Source: Eutreptiella sp. 'Long Island Sound 2002' (Eukaryota; Protista; Euglenida). From it: 64,000 nucleotides of DNA. Of the stretch, positions 36,976 through 48,834 are shown piece after piece (position 1 is the first letter of the stretch; each line of letters starts with the position of its first letter). The stretch covers positions 185,132,001 to 185,196,000 of the forward strand of contig OZ038378.1 of assembly GCA_964036045.1 (NCBI GenBank). The letters run 5' to 3'. The notes under the pieces are model-generated. The model did not search any database. It had not been told where the DNA came from and worked only from the letters and a program-made list of their open reading frames with translations. The position numbers and the translations under genes are program-made.

Positions 36976-38189
36976 CAACAACTCAAATACTTGTGCGGTG
37001 CATGCACCGTGCGCGTATCGTGCTCCCTCCTAGATTGGGATCGGGGGGACCGCGAGGTCCGGGGTTTCTTCAGCGATGGCTAACGGGAATGGGAAGAGGA
37101 TCCCGAGGGGGAATCCTTGCACTGCGCACGCACTGCGCGCTACTTTTAGACTAGGTCCTCCCTAAGGGGGAACCTTTGCACTGCGCGCGCACTGCGCGCT
37201 ACTTTTAGACTATGTTCCCCCCTAAGAGCCCCCAAGCACACCCCTTAGAAACGCCCTTAGAATTAGGTGACCCAAACTGCCCCGGCTCAAGAAAGTTGCA
37301 AACTACCTTCCCTTCCCACTACACACATCATGCACAACTGGAAAAGCCATGAACAGGCGTGGGTTGCACCATTTTTAGCGATGGAGGTTGGGTTGGGGCA
37401 AACTTGCATGTAACATGATCCATGAATGCCCTTTCCCTTACGTACATGGTACTCACACGAGCCTTAATCGCGTCCTTGTATCGGATAATCGGACTTGCTT
37501 CAATACTTCCACTTCCCCATGGAATCTTTGGCCGTCCGATGTGTGCTTGTCCCCCTGAGTGGAAATGACTCTATGGAATCTTTGGCCGTCCGATGCGTGC
37601 TTGCCCCCCTGAGTGGAAACGGCTCTTCGCCACTCTGCAGAGATATAATGTAAAGCATAAACACAATCAAGGCAAGAGAGTCGCAAACGGCATTGTAGTA
37701 AAGAGGGCGGAAATGCTACGTCACCCCTGCATTCTCGGGGGTCCCCAAACAACGGGGGACAAAATCAGAAGTCAAAACGTACGCTAGGGGTCACCATGAT
37801 GCCCCTAGGGGCCCCTAGTATCTCAAAGTATGGGTCTCTAGTACGGCCAGATGCCCAAATAGTTGCACTGCGCGCGCACTACGCGCTTGAGGCGCCCCCT
37901 AAAGAACCCCCATGCACACCCCTTCCAAATGCCCCTAAATTTAGGTCACCCAAACTACCCTGGGAAGGTGCCCTGCGCGTGCCTTGCGCACTACTTTTAT
38001 CATGACTATCCTGGACTTAGCCCCCAAGCTTACCACTGTGTGGAGGGGCCCCCCGGGAGACCAAAGCATGTGACATGTGAAGTGCAACACCATCCTTGCA
38101 AAGCACTCAACAAGAAAAGCACGGCTAAATCACCTCCACAACTTTGTCCACTTCAATTCAGTGAATGACAATTGAACATGTAAGATTGT

Positions 38190-38879
38190 TCAACAAACAG
38201 CCTTGTCCCCGCAGGTGTGCATATCAATGCATTCCGCACAATAATTCAAATGGCATTCACCACAAACGGTTGTAGTGTGCTTGCGGCAGCACAATGCACA
38301 CACATCCACCTCCTCCCCAACATCATCTTGCGTGGCAGCCTCAACAAGTTCCTCCGCACTCTTCCAAACATGAGGGGGTACATGTTCCCACGGTCCGTAG
38401 GGAGGGTAACGGACCTGCCTCCGGATGCAGAAGTGCGTAAAATGCAACAAAACTCGTACAGATTGATGCAACTCATTGGGGCCGCCACGCCAAATGTTCC
38501 GAACCAAACCCCAATGCCATAAATGAGCGAACAATTGCTCAATTCGGGCCCGATACCATCCATGCACATCATTATAGCACTGCTGCCGTGCGGTGAGCCC
38601 ATCATTCTTCCGGCCAATGAATGGCACAATGACATGCAAACGGCCTTTGTAGGCCCCATCATGGCCCCCGACCTCAAAATCAAAAAACTCTCCTCGTGTT
38701 CGGGAAGGTCCATAACCATCCCATATCAACACGTCAGCGGAGGTGCCGGGGGCCAAGGGACAAATCCATATTATATTGCCCAACATATCAATGGCAACAG
38801 TCACCTTGTAAATATGACCTACGTACTTTGGATTCCAAAGGTCAACGGACCATATTCCTCCAATGGAGCTTATTGGCAT
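38190..38879 (-). mobile_element. 5'-truncated PIF/Harbinger-type (DDE_Tnp_4-like) transposase with a C-terminal B-box-like Zn finger
   Basis: Motifs: LWNPKYVGHIYKVTVAIDMLGNIIW, GHDGAYKG (second Asp) and YNDVHGWYRARIEQLFAHL (Glu). The first Asp is absent. The tail is CALC-x8-CGEC-x4-CAEC-x3-HTC. Confidence 0.85.
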
Positions 38880-39043
38880 CGAGCAAGAGCTCAGGGCAGC
38901 CTTAGGTTCCCCGAAGGTACTTCCTTAGCACTTGCCCCCAGAAGCGATCAACGTAGATGCCCCGGCTTCCTTTGTCACGGTAAGACTCAAGTAACCCCTG
39001 TCTTGTCGAGGGTCCCCATATAGAAGGGGACAAGATCACATTT

Positions 39044-39200
39044 GGCTACATCACCCCTGCCTTCTCAAGGTCCCCATAGTGGGGAGAAATCAAAGTGGCT
39101 ACATCACCCCTGCCTTCTCGGGGTAAACATAGTGGGGAGAAATCAAAGTGGCTACATCACCCTTGCCTTCTCGGGGTCCCCGAAGTGGGGAGAAATCAAC
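39044..39200. repeat. 53-bp tandem repeat, 3 copies (degenerate relatives at ~38990 and ~37715)
   Basis: GGCTACATCACCCCTGCCTTCTC...AGTGGGGAGAAATCAA at 39044, 39097 and 39150. Confidence 0.9.
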
Positions 39201-40640
39201 CTAGAAAGGAGTGGATGTGGTGGAAATGAGCAAAAAATGGGTGAAAATGCGTGAAAATGGATAAAAACATGCATGAGAAGCTTAAAAACCCCTACCATGG
39301 AACAACAAACCTCCACAAACGGGCCGAAACTTGGGTTTGGGTAGTTACGGACGTACAAAACTTTGCCCTGCGCGCGCCCTGCGCACTGATGCTTCCCCCC
39401 TAGCTAAAGACAAATGCAAGCCACCTTCCCCTCACATAAGACGTCATGCAAAATGCGGAAAGCCACACACATATCCTCTTTTCTTTTCAATTGTCAACTA
39501 AGTACAAAATCAGAATGCTCCAGAGTGGCGGCGCGGAAACGGGTGAAAGGGGGTACAAATAGGTGTTTGCCACAAATAGGTGTTGTTTAGCACAAGACAA
39601 TCACTGCAACAGAATTTGGGTTCAAGCGAGGTTCGGCTTGTGAAAAAAGGTGAAAATGGATAATAATTCAAATATGTCACATCTCGAGTGCATAAGAAGC
39701 TTTAAAAACCCTATTATGGAACAACAAATCTCCACAAAAGAGCCAAAACTAGGGTTCGGGTGGGCGACTACAAAACTTTGCACTACGTGCGCACTTCGTG
39801 CATTCCCCTTTTTTGCATCGCAAGGTACGAGGCATGACATAGCTGTTCGACACGCAAGCCCCACCATGAAGACCCACCAATCAACAGCAAAGCACAACTG
39901 CAGTAATGCACCAGCAAGTCAGCAACAGCAGGCACAGGATCACAACTGGTATCGCATCTTTAGAGAAGCAGAATGCAAACAGCCGGGATGTTGCGAGAGA
40001 AACAAGACACATGATAGGCGGGCTCAGCTGCGCCGTGTGCTCAGTGCCACTTCCTCACCATATCACTTTGCAATGCAAGCTCCTGGGAAGTTTGTGGCAC
40101 GTCACTTGCTCAACAAGACCCATGGTGTACTGGGTCATGCTCGTGCAGATTTGTATCTGCTCATCACAATGTTGTGCTTGCCGCAGCACCCCACTTCTAT
40201 TGATGTGATTTGCTTGACCCGGCATTGCTGCCACACATACACGGCCCTGTCAACGTATGGGATCCCTGTCTAATTGTCGTTTTGCCTGACTGCGGCGGTG
40301 CTTGCGCCAGGGGGTGAGGGACTCATTACAACCCACTCACAAACACATCATCTTGCATGCCATAAAACCTGTGGTCAGAAGACCAACATCAGACAGAGTC
40401 CCTGCTGAGACAAGGCCATGGTAGCGCAAAGACGGCGGGGAGGTAGGGGTGGTGTGCACAAATGGTCTGAAACAGGCTTGTCGTGCACCACAACGACAAA
40501 TGTCATGCAGACACGCCTGATTGCCACCACCAGAACGCATAGAAGGTGCTGTTATCCTCCGTGAGGGTGCTGCAGAGTTCCACACAAGCAGGGAGGGAGG
40601 GCGGGTGGGTCAAGGGCCAGGGGAACTGTAAGAGGGGGGC

Positions 40641-40710
40641 AGTGAGTGAGTGAGTGAGTGGGTGGGTGAATGGGTGAGTGAGTGAGGGAGGGAGGGAGGG
40701 AGGGAGGGAG
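40641..40710. repeat. (GTGA)n/(GGGA)n simple repeats
   Basis: Directly visible. Confidence 0.9.
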
Positions 40711-43700
40711 AGAAGGGCAGGGGGGGGGGGGTAAGCGCGCGAGGGGCGGACAAGGGAGCAGATGGCATTACAAGATGGTGGTGGGGACGGAAGAGGAGGG
40801 CATTGGTGTCCCATTTTCTCGTTTGCCTCCTTCCGCCAAATACCAACGTGACAAGAGTGCACTCTTGGGCAACGGACAACGCCACAATCCTCAATACTTC
40901 AAGCTCAATACTTCAAGAGCACGCGATGCCCAATCACAAGGACTCATAGAGTCGGTGTAGGAACCGGGTGTGTACACTTAAAACTGCCATACGAACATAA
41001 ATACCTTGGAAAACCCTATTGAGCAACCGATCAAGAATTAAAGTGGGAGGGAGGCTCCCAGGAGGTGCTGATTTTTCGTTGGTGCTGAAAGCATGGAAAG
41101 TGCTGCAGCAAAGCTTGGCTTGGCCGGAGATGCTGAGGATTTGCCTATAGGAGTGCCAGGCGGACTTGGGGGGGGGGGGGGGTGTCTGCCTTTCGGAGGG
41201 TTCGAGTTGTTCAGTTGATGTATGAAGTGCTTCTTGGCCTGGAGTTGGATCCAGGACCACATAGCATCGCCTGAGGCAGGCATACATCCTCACAGAGATG
41301 TGCAAAGTTGCCCTCTTCGTAAGAGGCCATCGAGCAATGCTGTTTGGAGACAGCCACATCATTCAGGATGACCAGACCCCAGAGAAATTTCTCCGTTGAG
41401 TTGACACAACAAAAACAACTTCCGGATGCAGGGGCAGAAAGTGTCTCTGTATATGTTGTAGTGTGTGATACCCCCTGCACTGACAAAGTACCAAACATCG
41501 GGGGGCATTGTGGCACAGCGCATGCACAGCACCCGTCATCGGGGTGACTGTACCAGAACCAACCCCCAAAACACCAAAACACCACATGCAAGGGCCCAAA
41601 GCTGCGGTCTGTTGTGGTCCATGTGGTCCAAAACCTCGCATAACTTTCATCCAACTCCATCACACCTTTCTCTTGCATGTGTTCCTCCTCCTGCACGTCT
41701 CCCATTGGCACAGGGTCGCACGGCAAGGCACTGGGTAAAACGGCTGAATTTGCGCAGAGCGCACTCGGCGCACGGTGTGCCCCAGGACCCAAATTTCTTG
41801 ATAGGCTTTGCCTGTAAATCATGGGGCGGATGCCAAATTTGTGCACCTGTGCACACAAAAGGGCACCCCCTTTGAATGGCACGGAATAGGGGGGGCGGGG
41901 GGGCGTTGGTGTATCACTGAGGAAATCGAGTGCGGGGGATGCATCGCCGCGTGAGCCCGCAGGGCACAGAGAACAGGTTCGCGATGGCAGGAAATGAGAC
42001 ATCTTATGTGCCTCAGTCGAAGCGTCACTGACAAGACATATATACTAAAAAGGCAGAGAAATGCACAAGCGGTACTGCCAGCCGCTTGTCATGGGCAACC
42101 CAAATGGCACCCGTACACAATCATTACTCTCATCCTGAGAGGCGTGACCAGTGACATGTGCACCATGCGTGCCATTGCACTGCGTCTGGCAACATGGCGT
42201 GTTGACCGTGCATGGCACTGCACTGTGCATGACGTTTGTGTCCCATGCATGACATTGCACCGATTACCGCCCGGCACCACTGTACTCCCGTGCACCACTG
42301 ACAAAGGCAAAGGTGACCCAGGCCAGGAGCGAACAGCAAGTGGTCCGGCGGGCTCCCATTAGTGAGCAGTGCCACTGAATTGGGTCCCTGGATTGCAGGT
42401 TTGCCATTGAATAAGCCCCACTGGCCCAGTGCCCATCGTGGAAATCGAAACCGGGACCGCAGGACTGTAAGGCGCGTGCCATATCATCGGTGTGGGCACG
42501 AATACCATGCCCCAACCCCATACCCAAACAGACAGCGAGGGAGTTGGTTCACCCTAAACATTGTGCCACCCTCCAAGGGTGCCAGGAGGGGGCAGAGTCT
42601 CAGCGAACCCTGCTAGGCCTCACGAGTGGTGGTGGCATGTGGTGGCACCAGAGTTCCACTTGGGGGGGGGGGGGGTGCCCCGCCCCCCCCCCCCTACTGG
42701 CCCTGAAGTAATGGAGGGCAACTTGTGGGCCAGCCCAGAAATACATTCACCCAAGAGCCACAAGGTGCCATACCGTGTTGTACAATGGGGGTTCCAAGCC
42801 TTTTTCGAAAATCTGTAAAGGTAAAGAGACCGCTGCTTTGGTGATGGCATGCAATGGCATCTCCCCAGAGGGATGTGAATGCGCCGCGGTGCCATGCCAT
42901 GGAAAATTGGTGCGGAGCAAAATTTGGCCCAATCGCTTAAGGGGGGGGGGGGGGGAGGTGGGTCTGAGGTGGTGGTGGTGGTGGTGGTGGTGGTGGTCTG
43001 GAACCCCACCCCCACCCCTACTGTGCTGAATTGTTAAATGGAACTCTGGGTGGCACCTGAACCCCACTTGACACTCACCATCCTTGCTGAGGGTCTATCA
43101 GAACTTTTTTTCAAATGTAAGACCTCGAAAATCTCACCCACAACCCGCATGCTCACTACTGACTGGACCCCCAAAACTCAACTGTTGCTACTCGGAAACA
43201 TTCGGAAATATTCGGAAATCTGACCGGACTCCCAGACAAAAATTGTTGCTGTTCGGAAATATTCGGGAATTCGGAAATATTGCAGGTTGGGTTCTGAACC
43301 TCGCCCTTCTCTTGCCACTAGCATCCACCACCTGAGATCTGATCAGAAGGGGCTGGCTTACACCAAGCAGTGTACTTGCTGCAGCTGATGCTTACTGAGT
43401 TGCAGATGTAAACGGCTTGGGTATGGCTCAGTGGCACATGGCATGGGGCGGAGCCCTAAGAAGACTTCAGCTGTGTAGCAGACGGTAGCAGCAAGGCTGA
43501 TCCACCTGCCAACGAAATGAATAGCCCATCAGGACAACTTATTCAGGGTGCTGCAGTGCCACACAAAAAAAAAGGCAAACCAAACCCAAAAGAACTTAAA
43601 AGGCTCGGGAATAGAACTTAAAAGGCTCAGGGACCTGGGGAAATTCGTCCGTTTTAAGCAGTTGGAATGAAGCACCGCTTAGGACACCAATTCGCGACTA

Positions 43701-43779
43701 CTGCTCTGATGGTTCGTAATCACGCGAAACATGCGGGCCGCACTGCGTGCACAGCACACCGGGCAGCCCGGCAGCAACG

Positions 43780-43900
43780 TTCCCCTTGTCCCCAACGCAA
43801 ACATCTTCTTGTGACCCCGGTGGAGCAAGAAGCCATCATTTCATGGATTTCACACCTACAGCGAGCCCTGCACCGATCGCTGCAAACAGGTCTTCTGTCC
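43780..43900 (+). other. Possible PH-domain C-terminal coding fragment, leading into the 62-bp array
   Basis: QRKHLLVTPVEQEAIISWISHLQRAL fits the PH beta7-helix pattern with the conserved Trp. No acceptor or further exons were established. Confidence 0.35.
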
Positions 43901-44270
43901 CACACACACACGCACACCTACAGCGAGCCCTGCACCGATCGCTGCAAACAGGTCTTCTGTCCCACACACACACGCACACCTACAGCGAGCCCTGCACCGA
44001 TCGCTGCAAACAGGTCTTCTGTCCCACACACGCACGCACACCTACAGCGAGCCCTGCACCGATCGCTGCAAACAGGTCTTCTGTCCCACACACACACGCA
44101 CACCTACAGCGAGCCCTGCACCGATCGCTGCAAACAGGTCTTCTGTCCCACACACGCACGCACACCTACAGCGAGCCCTGCACCGATCGCTGCAAACAGG
44201 TCTTCTGTCCAACACACGCACGCACACCTACAGCGAGCCCTGCACCGATCGCTGCAAACAGGTCTGCTGC
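43851..44270. repeat. 62-bp near-identical tandem repeat, ~6.8 copies
   Basis: The unit is CACCTACAGCGAGCCCTGCACCGATCGCTGCAAACAGGTCTTCTGTCCCACACACACACGCA. Minus-strand ORFs recur every 62 bp (43856, 43918, 43980, 44042, 44104). Confidence 0.98.
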
Positions 44271-45544
44271 CCAGTTCAGGGTGCACCAACCAATGACCAC
44301 AAGAAGAGCTACCTCGGCAGCCTTTGGGGCCGATCTATGCTGCATATTGCAGCGCCCATATACAGTGGTGCGAAGAGCCTACACAGCCATCCATCCTCCA
44401 GCAGTGGCGCTTCTGTCAACTGGAAGTCCAGCCACCCTATGTGGCCAGCATCATCTGCAATGCTTCATCAACATGCCGAAGATTCTGCGGGGTTTGACAT
44501 GCTGATCAGTAGTCTACTGGGCACCAATGACAAGGGCACATGGCCGACAACATGCCTAGCCTTCGCCACTCATCACCGTGGGGTATGACAAGGCGAGAAT
44601 CGGGACTACCACGGTCTCTATGGTGTGGGGACATTGTACTTTGGGCCTCCAGCGTTTCGGGGCTGGAGGTGTGGGGTTTGTGCAGGGAGCGTATTGCTCC
44701 AACCGTGTGTGTGCTCGCGCATGTTTCCCTGTGTTGCGGCGTTTTTGAGTTACTCCGTTCGCTAGTGTGCGTTGCTAGTGTTGCTGCCTATTGCCGCATC
44801 GGTCACACACATTCGGGCGTAACAGAAACAAAAGACCACCGGCATGACGGCTGTGCGCCCATCAGGTGTGTGTGTGTGTGTGTGGCAAGGTGCTGCACTG
44901 CCCAGCATGTGCAGGGGGCTTGGATGCTGACATGTCAAACTGCGTTGCAGGCTTGTTTGAAAGACATTGTGCCGTGTATGGATTGGATCTGACCACCCAA
45001 ATGGACTTATGTAACGCCTGTTTCTCCCACGCTGACATTGGGGAGCCAGAGACCATGCGACAAATGACTGAGTGTAGGTGTGTGTTTTGCCCATCTGTGC
45101 AATTGGGTACAACGACACGGCCCAACGTGTGTAGTGGAATGGAGAGTTCTCTTGCCAACTCACGCAACTGAGTTTGAAGAAATTTCACCCTACCGAAGTC
45201 ATCAATGGACCCGGCATCTTTAATCCCTTGGAGCTTTCTGGTTGAGCCAACCGTGATGATGGGTGTTGCCATCAGAAGCAATACCTGGCGCCACATCATT
45301 AATTGCATACTGGCGGTATGTGCACCACCAGTGGTGTTCACGGACACTCGGCAGCCAATCTCGTCAACAAAGTTGAGCGGAAGGATACCCCAACACACAC
45401 ACACACACACACACGTTGAAACCCACGTAAATAAGAACAAAGCACTCCTCGGGGGCTGCAAAGCAGCCCTAGACGTCTTTCGTTCTGTCAAAGAGTCGAG
45501 AAGGTATGCAGCTTGTCCTTACCACTAATGCACTAAAACACACA

Positions 45545-45548
<4 letters not shown>

Positions 45549-45587
<39 letters not shown>
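45549..45587. repeat. (GA)n microsatellite; (CA)n tracts nearby at ~45392-45414 and ~46033-46060
   Basis: Directly visible. Confidence 0.95.
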
Positions 45588-45589
<2 letters not shown>

Positions 45590-47273
45590 GTTTCATAAAT
45601 GCCAAAAGCCCCGCACACCCTGCAGCGATTGCACAGCCGGGAGCAACGGACGTTGGGACTTTTTGTCAGGCCAATGATGATGTAAACACGAAAGACGTGT
45701 TGCAAGTGGAGGTTGTGTGCCTTTTTGAGGGGACACAAAGGTCAGGGACTCTGCAAGCAGGCCCCCGGAACTGGCAGTGGCGCTTTGCTGTTCGCCATGA
45801 GGCCAGCCCCACCCACCCCCCGATCGTCGCACAGACAGGAAAAAGGCCTGCTTGTCCCTGAAACAACCCGTCCCCGCTGAGCAGTGAGGAGAAGGAAATG
45901 GCACCATCCCTGCCCCAAGCGATTTATCATGCTTCCCTGCAGTGGTATGAGGAGAAAGGGTAAGGGAATGGGAGCAAAGGAAACCGAGGCTTTCTGTATC
46001 AGGGTGTGACAGTCTTGTTACATCCAGATCCAGACACACACACACACACACACACACATACATACAACCACAGACACATGAGTGCACACACATGCACACA
46101 TAAACACACATGCACATCAGCAGCACCAACGGGCACACATGAGCGCAGAGAATCCACAAGGCCCCAGTTCTGCATAGATATGTAACACCCAATACACGCA
46201 CACAGAACTACGCCTGCACAAACACAAAACGTGCACACGCCCGCACACACACGCCACGAGCGCTGCTCCATCAACTAGACCACGTAGGTGGGAGATTCCC
46301 AGAGCCGTAGGAAAGGTGACCAAGTCTGCCTTCAAAGTTGTAGGCAGGGAGGAAAAACGACACAGACCTTAGATGGAGACGAGAGCGTCCACAGAAATAC
46401 ATTCACGAACACGGACAGCACTGGTGCTCTCCAAAGAAATACATTTCATATACTCCCCAGCGATGCATTCACTGACCCGAGAAGTACGGATACGTCCGTA
46501 CCACAGAAGTACCTTCACTGACCGGGCAGTACTGATACAGACCACAGAAATACATTCAGTGACCAGGCAGTAGTTGTGGTAATTTAAACCTTGGCCAAAC
46601 CCCAAGCTGAAAATGAACAAATGTCGCGACGCAGGGGTAGAGCAGGAAAACGAGAAACCAAATGTGGGCAGAACCATAGCAGATTCGCGTACAAGGCCTA
46701 AACGCCGCAAAGCATACTTGCAGTCTGCCGCAACAGCTGACGTATATAATTTTGGTAGCAGCAGACCTGTGTGTTGCACAGCATCTTAGTGCCTGTAGTG
46801 GGATTGATATGACATGATAAAACATGGCCATCATACCCACGCCATGGTGAGATGGGAGGTGTGCAAATATCCTGCGTACAGGAGTGAACTCCGCATCCAC
46901 GAGCGATGATATTGTCGGTGATCGGAAGTAAGGATGATCTAATGAATCAGATTGAGGCATGGAGCCCTCTTGTTGCCCATACAGCTATAAGCACCACTAT
47001 GTACAAGGAACGTGCGAGAGCTGAATGGCCTACGAATTTACAGTTGGCAAAGACGGACCTTGTTGCCCACGCACGGCAACGCGCACAAGCCCTTGAGGGT
47101 GGAGGGGTAAGGGTCAGGGGCCCGCCCTCCCAAGAGGAACAGCAGCATTAGCCCTACGGATAAAAGGCGTGCTACGATTTTGGGAGCATGTGCAATTTTG
47201 CACGTCGTAAGCGTTGGCACCTTCGACTTCTGAAGGAGGTCACCGAGGCACTGATGGGGCTCTCGGTCACAGG

Positions 47274-48834
47274 TCAGGTGCTTGTCGTCAGTGGCACGGC
47301 GCTCTTGCATTGGTCAATGATATCTTGCTCTGACCATCCATCGCAATGAATCAGTTCCCCGACCGGGGGCGAGTAGCAGAGGTAGCAATGCTCCATGACG
47401 AGGTTCGGGTACTCACACAACGTCGTCAGGACATGCCCACCCTCTTCCAACTCGCACTCTGTGTCTGGGCTGTAGCTTGGGGATGGGGATGGGGATGGGG
47501 ACGGACTGGCGCTGGGGAGAGGCGTGGGGCTGGCACTCGCAGATGGAGATGGACTGGCACTCGGGAAGGGGCTGGGGCTTGCACTAGCGGATGGGGACGG
47601 GGGTGCAAGCTCTGCGATACCGGCATCAACGTCCAGCTTCGATTCTCCTGGAGCAAGAGCAAAGGGGTTTGTGACGCCTTGAGAATTTGCATCGGAATCG
47701 CTGCTGTCGTCACCTCCCACCTTGGGCAGCGTAAATTGAAACCCGGCTGGAAGATTCGACTTTTCGAACTTCACACGGTAGTTGCGGCCGGGTGGCACGC
47801 CGTCGAACAGATACTTCCCGTTGCGGTCAGTGGTTTGGGTGCCCACAAATATACCACTGCTGTCCAGAAGCTGAACCTCCACACCTGCCACTCCAGGTTC
47901 CCCAGCATCTTGAATCCCATCTCCATCCAAATCCTTCCAGACGCGATCCCCCACCTGTCCAAGCTCCACGATACCGGCATCCACGTCCAGCCGCGTTTCT
48001 CCCGGTGCCAGATCAAAGGGGCGGGTAAACCCGTGGGGACCCGCGTCGGAATCGCTGCTGCCGTCACCTCCCACCTTGGGCAGCGTAAACCCACACCCGT
48101 CTGGAAGAGTCGACTTCACGAACCTCACACGGTAGCCGTTGCCAGGTGGCACATCCTTGAGCAAATAGTTGCCGGTGCTGTCAGTGAGCTGGCTGGCAAC
48201 AAGGCGGGGAGGGTCATGACTGTCGAAGAGTTTCACCTTCACGCCTGCCACTCCCGGCTCCCCAACATCTTGAACACCGTCTCCGTCCAAATCCTTCCAG
48301 ACCAGATCCCCTACCTCCGCCGGCATGCCGAACGGTCCTGCGCATTTCGTCCGGACCGATAGCGGGACCAGGCCTGGGATGGACTCGAAAGGGGCGGCGG
48401 TGTAGCCCCGCTGGCCGCAGTGCCCCCCCAAGGAGCAGCGGTTGAACCGCACGTCGGAGTACTCCACTCGTGTGCCGATCCACTGCGTGCAGCCCTGGCA
48501 GTTGTGACAGCTGGAGTGGGTTCTCTCGCCTAAGTTCGGTTGTCTCGGATTCTCGTAATGGGTGCTCGGAATGCCTGTCAGGTCCCAGATGCCGATGCCG
48601 TTCAGGACGCCATGGCTGAAGGAGAACACGGTGTCGTCGCCGCTGCCCTCTGCCTCGTATTTGACGAATGCTGCACCCAAAGTGCCGAGACTGGCGGGAT
48701 CGTTGGGGTGTGAGGTGTACGCGTCGCCCATGAGGATGGCTGTGTTTTGAAAATTCACGTTAGACTTGCCCCGGATGCGGAACAGGAAGAACACGGTCCC
48801 GTCACCATTCAGCACCCAATCCGTGTTCGAAAAC
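47274..48834 (-). CDS. Secreted SdrD-B-domain protein, exon 3: end of the N-terminal domain, two SdrD_B (Cna-B-like) domains, Ser/Pro linker, Cys-rich tail
   Basis: VGDLVWKDLDGDGVQDVGEPGVAGVKVKL...TDSTGNYLL...SDSDA...LDVDAGI occurs twice, followed by (PSxS)n and CELEEGG...CYLCY...CDGW...C. Acceptor AATGTGCAG|G is phase 2; TGA stop. Confidence 0.92.

Noticed and set aside
43851-44270. CRISPR-like array (also considered for the 32-, 46- and 53-bp repeats)
   Set aside because: Units are contiguous with no unique spacers, no cas genes are present, and the context is eukaryotic.
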